Source of the DNA: Candidatus Spyradenecus sp.
GTDB taxonomy: Bacteria; Verrucomicrobiota; Verrucomicrobiia; Opitutales; UBA953
Assembly: GCA_045535075.1 (NCBI GenBank)
Contig: JAZSKX010000017.1
Coordinates: 64,001-128,000 of the forward strand
Length of the DNA stretch: 64,000 nt
Direction of reading: 5' to 3'
Part shown: positions 10,849-21,500 of the stretch, one piece after another
Layout: each line of letters opens with the position of its first letter
How positions within the stretch are numbered: position 1 is the first letter of the stretch
Translations under genes and position numbers: made by a program
The notes under the pieces: generated by a model
Database searches by the model: none
What the model saw: the letters and a program-made list of their open reading frames with translations, nothing else
What the model was told of the DNA's origin: nothing

Positions 10849-11148
10849 TTAAACTTCGTCAAAACGCCGCTCGAAAAGCCCGGTAAGCTCATCCAAAAGA
10901 TGCTGAGCCATCGTCGTGTCCGCCCCGGATGCGAAAAATTCCAATTTCGATCCGTTGCCCGCCGCGAGCATCATCAAGCCCATAATACTTTTACCGTTAA
11001 CCCGTTCGTCGTCTTTGGCGACTTCGAGTTCCACGCCGGGATATTTATTGGCGATTCGAACAATCATCGCCGCCGGACGCGCATGGATTCCCATCTTGTT
11101 TTGTACAACAAGTTCACGTGTAAGTATGTCTTGAGAGTCTTCTGGCAT
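10849..11148 (-). CDS. ptsH: Phosphocarrier protein HPr
   Basis: GIHARPAA (His15 motif) and NGKSIMGLMML (Ser46 motif); start MPEDSQ at 11148. Confidence 0.93.
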   Translation of the reverse strand: MPEDSQDILTRELVVQNKMGIHARPAAMIVRIANKYPGVELEVAKDDERVNGKSIMGLMMLAAGNGSKLEFFASGADTTMAQHLLDELTGLFERRFDEV

Positions 11149-11199
11149 AGATTTGAAAAGGGATATTTGAACATTGACGGCAAATCCCGTCAATCCTAC

Positions 11200-11241
11200 A
11201 AAAAAAATGCGTTCCCGCAAACCGAAGCCTACGGGAACGCA
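11200..11241 (-). terminator. Terminator formed by an inverted motif pair (after autotransporter)
   Basis: A-run-TGCGTTCCCG...CGGGAACGCA, about 10 bp past the stop codon. Confidence 0.75.
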
Positions 11242-11250
11242 AAAGACCGC

Positions 11251-14200
11251 TTAGAAGCGATAGCGGAAGCCGAGATTTGCGCGATGAGCGACTTCGGATT
11301 CCGTTCCGACTCGGAACTCGTAATTGAGATAGAGCGACGTTTTGGCATCCAAGTCAAACGAAACACTCGGAGCAACGGAAAGCGAAGTTCCGGAAAGCGC
11401 ACGAGCATCCGTCGTAAACGTGGAGTTGGCGAGGGACGATTCGATTTCCACCTCATCATCAAGGAATTCATGAATGAGGGAAAGATCCAACCCGACACGC
11501 GTCGCATGACCTCCGAGTTCAAACACGCAGTTCAATGCGGCACCGAGGCGCGCTTGGAGACTGAGAGCGTCAAACGAATCCGTTGCCAATGCCGTTCCGG
11601 AATCAATTGCGGAAGAAGAGTTTTCTTCAAACTTATCAACGCGATAATAGGAAAGCGCCAATCCGGCGTGCGGGAAGAAATCGAGATGTGCGGTTTCGCC
11701 CCATTCCGCAACCGTGCAGGCTCCGACGAAATCAGCGAAGATCCCGCCGTGCCATCCGTCCGTATCTCCGTCGTTTTTCCCGTAGAGCGTGCGGCGTTCC
11801 ACATCATAACTTGCGTATCCGATTTGTACGCCCGTGTTCAACGAAAGATAATCGTTAATCAGATGGCCGGCAAAGAACGTTGCACGAATATCGTCAGACT
11901 CGATTTCGCCGCCGTTCCCGTGAATATCCGCCTTCCCGTGATCATACGCAACGGCAAACCCGGCAGTTGTCTCCTTGTTAAACTTGATGTCCGCTCCCGC
12001 AAGCGCCCCGTAAGTGTTGTAGTCGTAGACCATGGAATCGGAATCGCTCCCGCCGTCTACGGTAGAACCTTGCGCTTGAGCAAAAAATTCCACATCGCGC
12101 TCATAAACCCAAACTGCGCTGTTGGAATCATAAAGACGTTGTTCGAGACGACCCGAAACGGCACGAATGTCCGACGTGAATCCGGCATGCGGCATCGACA
12201 CCATCGATGCATAGGCAAGCGGCGAAAGGTTCGCAATCGCGTCGCCCAATTGTGAAAGGGAAGTTTTATTCAGAGCATCGGCGATTGCCGCTTCTTCCGA
12301 CGTCAGTGTTGATTTCAGATAACCGTTTTCCGGAGTCGCCCAGTCGTTAAGAATGCCGACCAGCTCATCAAGACCGTCGTGCAAATCGGCTCCCGTTTTA
12401 CGGAAGTCAGACTGCGCAACATAGACCTTAAGGTTTCCGTCCGCCAAGCCGGCTTCGTCAATGTAAAGCGGCTCGCCGGAAGACGTAAGGCTGAAGCTGT
12501 TTTTGTCGATTGCGGTCGCCGTTCCCGTGCCCACGTATTCGAAAACGGACAAGGCTTTCCCGCGTTCGTTTTGGCTCATCGCAACATCGAGAGTAACCTG
12601 CCCGCGAACCGCGACATTGCCGGAATAACGGAGTGCTTCCCCCGCAGAAATATCAAGCTTGTAGGTGGAACCGTCTTCGAAATCGACGCTCGCGTTTTCT
12701 GCGGTCAGGACGATCCCGCCGCTGAGGACGGCGCCGTCTTTAACCAAAATTCCGGAGCTCGCCAGCTTCGTTCCCGAAGCGAACGCAAGCGTCCCTTGAG
12801 AAACAACGGTTTTTCCGGTGTAGCTTTGCGTTGCCGAATCAAGAAGCAAAGCACCGCTTCCGGTCTTTTCGAGATTTCCCGCACCGCCGATATCCTTCGA
12901 ATAACGCGCATAAGTGTAGGCGCCCGAATCCGCCGCCAACGTTAGCGTTCCTCCGGCGTTAGTCGCCAAGGCGATTCCTTTATTCGAGAAATCGTAAACC
13001 CCTCGCGAAGAAGTCGCCTTCGTCAAAATCGATCCGATCCAATCGTTGCCGACAAGATTTAAGGTCAGCCCCGCACCGTTGCGATTCGCAAGCGTCACAA
13101 GGACATCATCTGCAATTTGGATATTCGGGAAGAGGGAACCAAACGCGGTTTCCGACAAATCAATCATTCCTTCGAGAGCAATTCCGACCTCGGAAACGCC
13201 GTCCGCAACAGAAATCTTTCCGCCGTAAACCTGTCCGGCGACATCTCCGACAAGTCCGAGCGCACTTCCGTTGGTCGCAAGCGTAATATCGGCAGTATTT
13301 GCCAGCCCGACACTCAACGCGCCGGATTCGGAACCCGCGCCGACCCGGAATGTCGTTCCCGTAGCAAGCGTCGCATCCTTCGTTCCGTCAGAAAGAGCAA
13401 GTTCGCCGCTTCCCGCAACCGTAATTACGGCATTTTCCGCCGTATCAAGGGTTCCCGTGAAAACAACGTTGCGGTTCGGAGCAAGCGAAATCGTCGTTGC
13501 CGATGCGTCAAACGCAAGCGTTCCCGTTCCGGAAACACCGCCGATTGCGTTAATTCCCGCGCCCAAGCTGAGCTTCGAAGCCGTTCCGAGATCAAAAGTT
13601 CCGGTAAATCCGGCAATCGAAGCTCCGGAAGAAACCGTCGTAGCACCTCCGCCCAAGGCAAGCGTTCCCGCACCGGAGAGCCCGTTTTTAACCGTCGCCA
13701 AATCGAGTCCGTTCTTTGCCGGATCCACTTCAAACGTCGCTCCCGCCGCAATCGTAATTGAGTCGGGCGTATTGTTGCTGAGATTAACTCCGTTAACCGA
13801 AAGAGTTCCGGATTCAACGGAAAGCGCAACGCCGTTAAAATCAACCTCTTTCCCGAGGATTGCAACACCGACGCCTTTCTTAATCAAATCCGTTCCCGCA
13901 GCAGCCGAAAGCTCGAAATTCAACAATTTTTCGAGAGCAACACCGTTTTCGTCAGCTCCGATATCAAGAATCAAATCGCCTTCTTTAAGCGCAACAACGC
14001 CTTCGAAATCGACATCCGAAAGAGTCAACGCTCCGGAGCCGATCTTTTCGATTGTTCCCGTTCCCGTGATTGCTCCCGCGAACGCGCTGTCGCCGGCACC
14101 GGAAACCGTCAATGTCCCGTCCACGTCAAAAACCGTTCCCGCAGACATTGTAACCTGCTTGAACTGATAATTTGCGCCGGCGGCAATCGAAACCGTTCCC

Positions 14201-17200
14201 GCTTCAACAAGGAAAGAATCCACGTTCCAGTCCCCGTTCGTACGAGTAAGCGACAAGGTTCCGGCTCCGCTTTTCACAAAGCTTGCCTTTGCATCGGCAG
14301 TCGCGGAGAGAATGTTTCCGCCAAATGCGGTCTCGGTATTCTCTGCAATATCGAACCGGAGCACCGCCCCGTCGCCGAGAATCGTTTCCACGGATTCACT
14401 GCCGCCGCGGAAATCGCAATTTTCGTTAAACCGCAATTCCATTTCCCCGGCTTCCACGACAAATGCATATTCATTTTCGTAGTGAGCCAATGCCTCGCCT
14501 TGAGTAAAGATAAGCTTCCCTTCGCCGGATTTAACCAAGCGCGAAGCCGTTCCCGCAAGCGGAGCGCCACCGGAAATCTTCCCGTTGAACGTCAGCTCTT
14601 TTTCCGCACCGACGTCCAGCGTAAATGCCGTTCCTTCGTTCAAATAAACGTTAACGCTTTCGGCAAAAGCCTTACGTTCTCCGGCGTTGACCACCAAAGA
14701 TCCTTTCCCGACTACAATTTCGCCGGTGAAATCCGCTCCCGCGGCTTGTCCCAAAGCAGAGCCGATAACCAATGTCCCTTCGCCGTCCTTGAGAATCGTT
14801 CCCGCGCCGGAAATAACGCCGTCGCCTGCGATTTCAAAAACACACGGTTCCGTTCCTTCCGAAACGACGGTAAACAGCGCTCCCGCGTTGACATAAACGC
14901 CGGAGGTACGGCGAATCGCATCCCAATCGACACGCAATTCTCCGCCCTGAACAAGCGTTGCTCCGGTATAATCGCTCTTTCCGGTAAGGCGCAAGGTTTC
15001 GCTTCCGATCTTTTTCAAGACCACACCGTCGCCGGTAATCGTTCCCGCGAAGGCAGGCAATTCCCCGTCGGCATAGCGAACGCCGATAATCTTTTCGAAT
15101 TCCGCGTACTTCGCGTCATCCGTGGCGGCTTTGCGAATTGCTTCGACGTTGAAGCCGTACAAGCCGCTAAGGATATTAACGTTTTCCGTCGTAAGGCGGA
15201 ATTTATAATCGTCGACAAAAAGAGAGATAAATCCGTAAAGCGTCTGAGACTGGGTTACCTGTTCCGCCGTCAGACCGTTCCCGTAAGTAGAGAGATATTT
15301 GATGACGTTCGCATCCAAGAGGTTCCGATAACTTGCACGCGTCAGCGTCACGGCACCGGTTTTCGCTTCGTAAGCGAAGAGCGTCGCCGGATTCGCCTCG
15401 TAGCGTTCCGCGTAAGTAAGCAAATCGTTGAGTTCCCGTGCGGTCCAGCCGGTCGGGTTTGAGGCGACAAAGCTACGAATCGTCTTGAGGTCGAGAATCT
15501 GATTGAACGCACGATCCAAGCGGGTTTCGTTGATTCCGAAGCCGCTCCAAACGGACGAATTCAGCATGGCGCCGAACGTTCCCGAGTCAATTGTCGCATA
15601 AATATGCGAAAACGTATTCGCCAACTTCGCCGGATCTTTGAGATAGTTAATTGTATCTTGAGCGGTAATCGTGTCACGCGAAGCAACTCCGGAAGCGTCT
15701 TCCCGCATGTAATCCGGACGAAGCGCGCCGAGCGAAGCAATCGTCTCTGCCGCCTCCGAACCGGCAAATCCGCCGACTGAACTCAAGTCCAAACCGAAAC
15801 TTCCAAGGTAGGAATCCGCATCCGCCGTAGCAAAGAAGTAGCCGTCGTTGGCAATTTTCTTCGCCCCGGAATCGTAATATTCACGAATTCCGTTAACGGT
15901 TTTCGCCAACGCTTCGTCCGTCAATCCGATTGTCAGCGTTGAGCCGCCGGAGAGGGCGACCGTCGAATTTTCGGATCCGATGAGCGCCGCAAGGTGTTGG
16001 CTTTTTTCGGAAGAAAGGCGTCCGGAGTTTGCTAAAACCGTTCCCGAAGATGACAAAAGTGCACCTTCGTCGCCGAGTCCGATCGCTCCCGAGAGTCCGA
16101 TTGTCGCCAATGAATGCGAAGACGACTTGAGCGACAATCCGCGCGTTCCGGCTTTAACTAAACTTCCGGTTCCGGAAATCGTTCCCGCGAATTCACCCGC
16201 TCCCGTCAAAACGGCTACCGCATCGTAATGAGAATTGTCAGAGAAGACAAGAGACGTACTCGCGTCGCCGACGAGTGTCGGGAGAATCTGGTACGACTGC
16301 ACCGTAATACGTGCATTTTCTTCCAATGTAATTGACGACGCGTTTGAGAATACGCTTGCCAACTCATCGTCTCCGAATTTCCCGAGTGTCAGCGTCATGC
16401 CGTCAGCAACGGTAACAACGCCGTAAAAATCTTCTTGAGCCGCTGCGACTTGAATGTTCCCGCGATACGGATTGATATCGTCATACGATTCCGCGCGGTA
16501 ATACCATGTTGTCGAATTAACGAGAAACTCGCGCCCGTCGTTGATGAGACCTCCGTGTTTAACGCCGTTTTCGTCGACATATGAAGAGTCATATGTGAAA
16601 AGCAAAGTCGAAAGTCCGGCGCCTTCCAAGCGCGCATTCAAGGATTCTGTACGGTTGGAAATCACCCGCAGCGTTCCTTCGTTTCCGACATAGATTCTTC
16701 CGGCTCCGAGCGAGCCGACATCCGCAAGCCATGCGCCTTCGTAGATGAAGAGACGATTGATGACTGCGTCCACTTCACCTTCATAGATGGCAGTTGTATT
16801 TGCAAATGTTCCCTTCCCGGTTTTGATAATGTAGCCGTCATTGGCTTCGGCATTTTTTACATCCGTCGAATCCGTTGTAAAAAAGCGGCCGCAGAAAAAT
16901 CCGTCGCGATCCTCCTGCTGATTGATAATCATCGTTGCTCCGCTACGGACAAAAACCGATGTTTCGTATGCAGTCTCAACGACATTGCCTCCCGGAGTAA
17001 AATACGGAGTCAGTTCATAGAAACCTTCGCCGCCTTCCAAATATTCGTTGTGAAGCGTTTCGCGCTCAAAGAAAAGCGACTGCACATTGTTCAACACTTG
17101 TGTGCCGTAAATTGAAACCGCCGTCGCACTATGTCTCCCGACATCGACGTAGCGACCGCGGGTTTCCCAAACGGCACCGTCAACTTGACCGAACTCGGCA

Positions 17201-18486
17201 ATTTCAGCGAAATACGCCGAAAATTGAACCGCCGTTGCCGTCTCCAAAACATTGTCTACGACATTTTTCCCCGTAGAATCCGAGCCGATATTCGTATCCG
17301 TCAGCAAGAATACGTCAGCCAAGACTCCGGAGACAAGCATCTCGCCTTCGTCCGTTGTCTGGCGAACATTCCCCGTCAGATCGTAAGACGCGGCAAGATT
17401 GTGGACATAATTAAGAACAGAAGCTTCACTGCTCGGATTTAAATCGAGCGACGGCACGGAAGATGCGTTTTCGGAGAGCGTCGCAAATTCGGCACGATTC
17501 GTAATAGAAACAATCCGATTTCCCGCAGGCACTCCCGCTTGGGTCGGCGCACCTACGAAATAGACACGTCCCGTTCCCGCGAGCTTTCCGATCTTGGATT
17601 CACCGTCCCACCCGAAGTCGCGCCCGGTCGCAGCGTCGGTTGTCGCGATTATGATACGGGAAGACGATGCGCGATCGCCGCCCAACTCAATTGTGGTATT
17701 AATATCCGCCTTGACGTTCTGAAGGAAATTCAATGCGCGAACTCCGACCGCTTCCTCCGTCGGTCCGGTGTTCCCGTCGCCCAAATCAAAGCCTTTTGAA
17801 AGCAGATTTTTCTCGGCGGAGGCGAAAGAAACAACGGAAGTATCCTTCAAAACCAAATTGGAAATCCCGACATAGCCCAATTCGTCTGCAACCGGCCAAT
17901 CTGCGCCCGAAATTGCAAATTCAGCACGCGGTCTCCCGTAGGCAACGTACTGAGAAAGGTAACCCGACGCGATCAGCGTCGTTCCGCCGGAAACCGTCAA
18001 CTGTCCGGAAAATGCAGTATTTCTGACATCAACGTTCCCGCGATTATCAATTCCGACGAGCGAATGAGTGTAAGCCTGTTCGTAAACACCGCGTGCCTCA
18101 CCGTTCGTCGTCAGATACGTTCCCGAGTAATAATTGATATCCTTAAATCCCTGGTACTCCAAGGTTCCGCCGCCGGTAACCTCAATCTTTCCGCCGGTCC
18201 CGCCGATATCATAGTATCCCGTCCGGAAGTAATCAGCGCCCAAGGTTCGGGGAACGCCGCCTTCGGAGGCACTGGAAGAAGAACCGTAGAAATGTCCTTT
18301 TACCGCATGCGACTCGGAAATTTCCAGGGTGAGCGTTCCGTTCTCCGTAACGTAGTAGTCTTCCGTCAATTGCTTATCGACGGAAACCTTCATATTGCGA
18401 TCAACATTGATTGTCGCTGCGGAGGCGAGACAAGCACCGCCGAGGAAAATCGCCGCAGAGAGGAAAAGGTTTTTGGAAAATTTCAT
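11251..18486 (-). CDS. Large autotransporter (2411 aa) with passenger-associated repeats
   Basis: Signal peptide, many L-x-K-x-G-x-G-x-L-x-L repeats, C-terminal barrel ending LGFRYRF. Confidence 0.9.
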   Translation of the reverse strand: MKFSKNLFLSAAIFLGGACLASAATINVDRNMKVSVDKQLTEDYYVTENGTLTLEISESHAVKGHFYGSSSSASEGGVPRTLGADYFRTGYYDIGGTGGKIEVTGGGTLEYQGFKDINYYSGTYLTTNGEARGVYEQAYTHSLVGIDNRGNVDVRNTAFSGQLTVSGGTTLIASGYLSQYVAYGRPRAEFAISGADWPVADELGYVGISNLVLKDTSVVSFASAEKNLLSKGFDLGDGNTGPTEEAVGVRALNFLQNVKADINTTIELGGDRASSSRIIIATTDAATGRDFGWDGESKIGKLAGTGRVYFVGAPTQAGVPAGNRIVSITNRAEFATLSENASSVPSLDLNPSSEASVLNYVHNLAASYDLTGNVRQTTDEGEMLVSGVLADVFLLTDTNIGSDSTGKNVVDNVLETATAVQFSAYFAEIAEFGQVDGAVWETRGRYVDVGRHSATAVSIYGTQVLNNVQSLFFERETLHNEYLEGGEGFYELTPYFTPGGNVVETAYETSVFVRSGATMIINQQEDRDGFFCGRFFTTDSTDVKNAEANDGYIIKTGKGTFANTTAIYEGEVDAVINRLFIYEGAWLADVGSLGAGRIYVGNEGTLRVISNRTESLNARLEGAGLSTLLFTYDSSYVDENGVKHGGLINDGREFLVNSTTWYYRAESYDDINPYRGNIQVAAAQEDFYGVVTVADGMTLTLGKFGDDELASVFSNASSITLEENARITVQSYQILPTLVGDASTSLVFSDNSHYDAVAVLTGAGEFAGTISGTGSLVKAGTRGLSLKSSSHSLATIGLSGAIGLGDEGALLSSSGTVLANSGRLSSEKSQHLAALIGSENSTVALSGGSTLTIGLTDEALAKTVNGIREYYDSGAKKIANDGYFFATADADSYLGSFGLDLSSVGGFAGSEAAETIASLGALRPDYMREDASGVASRDTITAQDTINYLKDPAKLANTFSHIYATIDSGTFGAMLNSSVWSGFGINETRLDRAFNQILDLKTIRSFVASNPTGWTARELNDLLTYAERYEANPATLFAYEAKTGAVTLTRASYRNLLDANVIKYLSTYGNGLTAEQVTQSQTLYGFISLFVDDYKFRLTTENVNILSGLYGFNVEAIRKAATDDAKYAEFEKIIGVRYADGELPAFAGTITGDGVVLKKIGSETLRLTGKSDYTGATLVQGGELRVDWDAIRRTSGVYVNAGALFTVVSEGTEPCVFEIAGDGVISGAGTILKDGEGTLVIGSALGQAAGADFTGEIVVGKGSLVVNAGERKAFAESVNVYLNEGTAFTLDVGAEKELTFNGKISGGAPLAGTASRLVKSGEGKLIFTQGEALAHYENEYAFVVEAGEMELRFNENCDFRGGSESVETILGDGAVLRFDIAENTETAFGGNILSATADAKASFVKSGAGTLSLTRTNGDWNVDSFLVEAGTVSIAAGANYQFKQVTMSAGTVFDVDGTLTVSGAGDSAFAGAITGTGTIEKIGSGALTLSDVDFEGVVALKEGDLILDIGADENGVALEKLLNFELSAAAGTDLIKKGVGVAILGKEVDFNGVALSVESGTLSVNGVNLSNNTPDSITIAAGATFEVDPAKNGLDLATVKNGLSGAGTLALGGGATTVSSGASIAGFTGTFDLGTASKLSLGAGINAIGGVSGTGTLAFDASATTISLAPNRNVVFTGTLDTAENAVITVAGSGELALSDGTKDATLATGTTFRVGAGSESGALSVGLANTADITLATNGSALGLVGDVAGQVYGGKISVADGVSEVGIALEGMIDLSETAFGSLFPNIQIADDVLVTLANRNGAGLTLNLVGNDWIGSILTKATSSRGVYDFSNKGIALATNAGGTLTLAADSGAYTYARYSKDIGGAGNLEKTGSGALLLDSATQSYTGKTVVSQGTLAFASGTKLASSGILVKDGAVLSGGIVLTAENASVDFEDGSTYKLDISAGEALRYSGNVAVRGQVTLDVAMSQNERGKALSVFEYVGTGTATAIDKNSFSLTSSGEPLYIDEAGLADGNLKVYVAQSDFRKTGADLHDGLDELVGILNDWATPENGYLKSTLTSEEAAIADALNKTSLSQLGDAIANLSPLAYASMVSMPHAGFTSDIRAVSGRLEQRLYDSNSAVWVYERDVEFFAQAQGSTVDGGSDSDSMVYDYNTYGALAGADIKFNKETTAGFAVAYDHGKADIHGNGGEIESDDIRATFFAGHLINDYLSLNTGVQIGYASYDVERRTLYGKNDGDTDGWHGGIFADFVGACTVAEWGETAHLDFFPHAGLALSYYRVDKFEENSSSAIDSGTALATDSFDALSLQARLGAALNCVFELGGHATRVGLDLSLIHEFLDDEVEIESSLANSTFTTDARALSGTSLSVAPSVSFDLDAKTSLYLNYEFRVGTESEVAHRANLGFRYRF

Positions 18487-18511
18487 AGAATTAAGTCTTT
18501 CCTAAAGAAGA

Positions 18512-21500
18512 TTAGAAGCAGTGGCGGAAGCCCGCGTTGAAATTGTGATTAATCTGTTCGTCCGTGCCGTATTGAAGCATGTAGCCCAAAGAAAGCGAGT
18601 CGCGTTCCGAAAGATCCACCGTCATCGAAGGCGCGATTGAGAATGCGTCCGACGAACCGATTGCCGCCGAAACATCAAACGCCGTGTCGCGGTATTGCTT
18701 AAACCGAGCATCGATGTCGGCGTCATCATCAACGAATTCATGGTGATAGGCGAGATCCAGGGAAACGCGAGCCTCCCAATCGCCGAGCGGGAACTTCCAG
18801 TCAAACGTAGCGCCGAGGCGCCCGCGAACGCTGTGAGCGTCGAAGGAATCGACGTCCAATCCGGCGATTCCGGACTCGTCAAACGATCCGACTTTCGAGA
18901 AGAGATACGAGAGCCCGATATACGGAGTAACCACGACAAGCTTGTTTTTGTCCTTGCTCAGCATGAAGCCTTTGCCGAGCGTTACCGCCGCACCGGCATT
19001 CCAACCGTCAGTATCGCCTTCCGATTTACCGACAAGCGTATTGCGTTCAATGTCGTAGCTGTTGAGTCCGAGGTGAAGCGCCCCGTCGAGGAAAATACTT
19101 CCGTCCCCAAGCAATCCGCTTGCAAAAGCCGTTGCCCGGAAGCCGTCGGAACGAATTTTCCCTCCGCTATTGTGCAAACTTGCACTCCCGTAATCGTAGC
19201 CCAGCGTAAATCCGTAAAGAGAGAAATCGTCCGGCTTAACGTCAAATCCGACGAGCGCTCCGTAGGAATTGAAATCAAAGTTCGCAGCGTCGCTTCCCGA
19301 GCCGTTTTCGACGACGCTCGTCTGAGCACGCGCGAAAAATTCAAGCCCGTTGTCATAAAGCTCATTCGTCGAATCGTAGCGACGATGCGATGCTCGCTCG
19401 GCAATTGCACGCCAATCATTTTCAAAGGAATTGCGCGACATCGCAATCATCGATGCATAGCCGATCGGAGAAAGCTTTGCGATTTCATCTGCAAGAGCGG
19501 ATGCCGAAACCTGATTCAGGGCAACGCCGATCGGGCCCCAGTTTGCCAGCAATTCGGACTCGAAAATAATTCCCGTGGCAATGCCGGCATCAACGCCGCT
19601 CATTTCATCAAGAACGTCCGTAAAGCTTCCCGCCAATCCGTCTCTCAAACCGCCGACTTCCGCTAAGGATGTACCGACCGCATATGCGGAAATCACGCCG
19701 GTGTCGCTTTGAGAAAGCATCAGCGAGGTTGCGCCGTTGGTCAGCTTCCCGTAGCCGAAAAGCGCAGTCAGTTCTTCCTTGGAATAGGTCGTTCCCGAGA
19801 GCGAATTGAAAAGAACCAACTCGTTCCCGCGCGTCGCTGCCGCCGTTCCCGTGAGGCGAATTACGCCGTTGTTTTCAAAGGTTCCCGCGTAATCAATAGA
19901 ATCTCCGTTGTTTACATCGAGAACAACCGTGCCGTCGTTTACAAAATTTCCGCCGACCGTCGCGTCTGCCGTTGTTGCCGCCGACGTTGTCTTGGCGATG
20001 GCGGGAACTTTGACTCCGGTCAGCTTAACGCCGCCTTTCATTGTTCCGCCGTTTTCGACTTTCAAAATTGAAGTCGCCAGAGAAACATTTTTGAATTCGG
20101 CTGTTGTCCCGTTCTCGACAGTCGTCGTTCCCGTGTAAGTCTGATTCGCCGAAACCGAAGTCGTCTTGGACCCGCGGAACGCAACATTGCCGGTACCGGA
20201 AATTGAGCGATCGAGCACTTCGTTCGCTTCTCCTGCGCGGATAACGAAAGTTCCCGCAGAATTTTTGGCATCACTCGCCAAAGTCGTAAACCCGACGGCA
20301 GAATCAATTGCACTCAACCCGGAAACAATCAATTCTCCCTGGTCCACACCCAAAACCAAACGCGTGTTTGCAGAAGTCGTTGCTGCAGCCCAAAGCGCGT
20401 CCGAAGCAAAAAGAAGGCTCTTCCCGCCGTCCGCGACTCCGTCAAAAGCAAGAGAGGAAGTCCCGTTCCCGCTTTTAATCAGCGAAACGGTTCCGACCTT
20501 TGCTCCTTCATCCATGCGCACTTCGACATCGGAAAGGCGATTGCTACGATCCGAATTCGTCGTGAAATAGATTGTTGCATCGTTCTTTACGCGCAAGCCT
20601 CCGGTCGGCGTGTTGTTCAACTTCGAAGCTTCCGCACTGACCTGAACCTTACCGTTATCGACAAGGATCGTTCCCGTCGCCTGGACATCTTCAATGTTCA
20701 AGCAACCTTTTCCGGAAACAACGACATTGGCATTAAAGCTTCCTCCGATCGTCGTGTCATGATTTTGAGCAAGGAAAACCTGTTTTGACGTTTCGAGACC
20801 GCCGGTTGTTTGCAATGATGCCAGTTTGACTCCGGTTCCCGTCACGACGATTTTAAAGCTTCCGGCATCCAAAACGCCGTTAAAGTACCTACCGCCGTCA
20901 ACCGCCGTCGAAGTAAGCATCGACGTTCCCGTCAATTCAAGCGTTTCGGAAGAGGAGCTCGCAGTTTCAAGCAACGCAATCGTTCCGGAGCCTTCGATTT
21001 TCGAAAGATCCGGGGTTACGTCGTAGGCGCACTCGAGGGAAAGCGTTGCTCCCGCGACCACAACCGCCGAGTTAAATTTGAACGCATCCGAGCCTTCAAG
21101 ACGAAGTTCTCCTTCCAAAACCTGCAAATCCGAGCCGAGCCAAGAAGCGGCATTGGACGATTCAATCGTAAGGCTTCCCGTGCCGATTTTTCCGAGCTTT
21201 CGGTTTCCTGCGGGAACGCTCGCGTCGAACAACACTTTCCCGTCCAAGCGGGCGTCCGCAGAATCCGTTGCGAAAATCACGCGGGCATTTTCTCCCGTAA
21301 GCGCGACATCGTGATCAAGAATTGTCGTAATCAGCGTTGCCGAATCCGAGACGGAAAGCGCAACCTGAGACTCAAGCTCTCCGTTGAAAACGAAGGTTCC
21401 CGTTCCTCCGACTTTGAATTCCGTTGCCGTCGCATTCGTCCCGTACACGCCGACGGAACCCGTATATGCGCCAAACGCGGAATAATCCGTCGAAACAACA

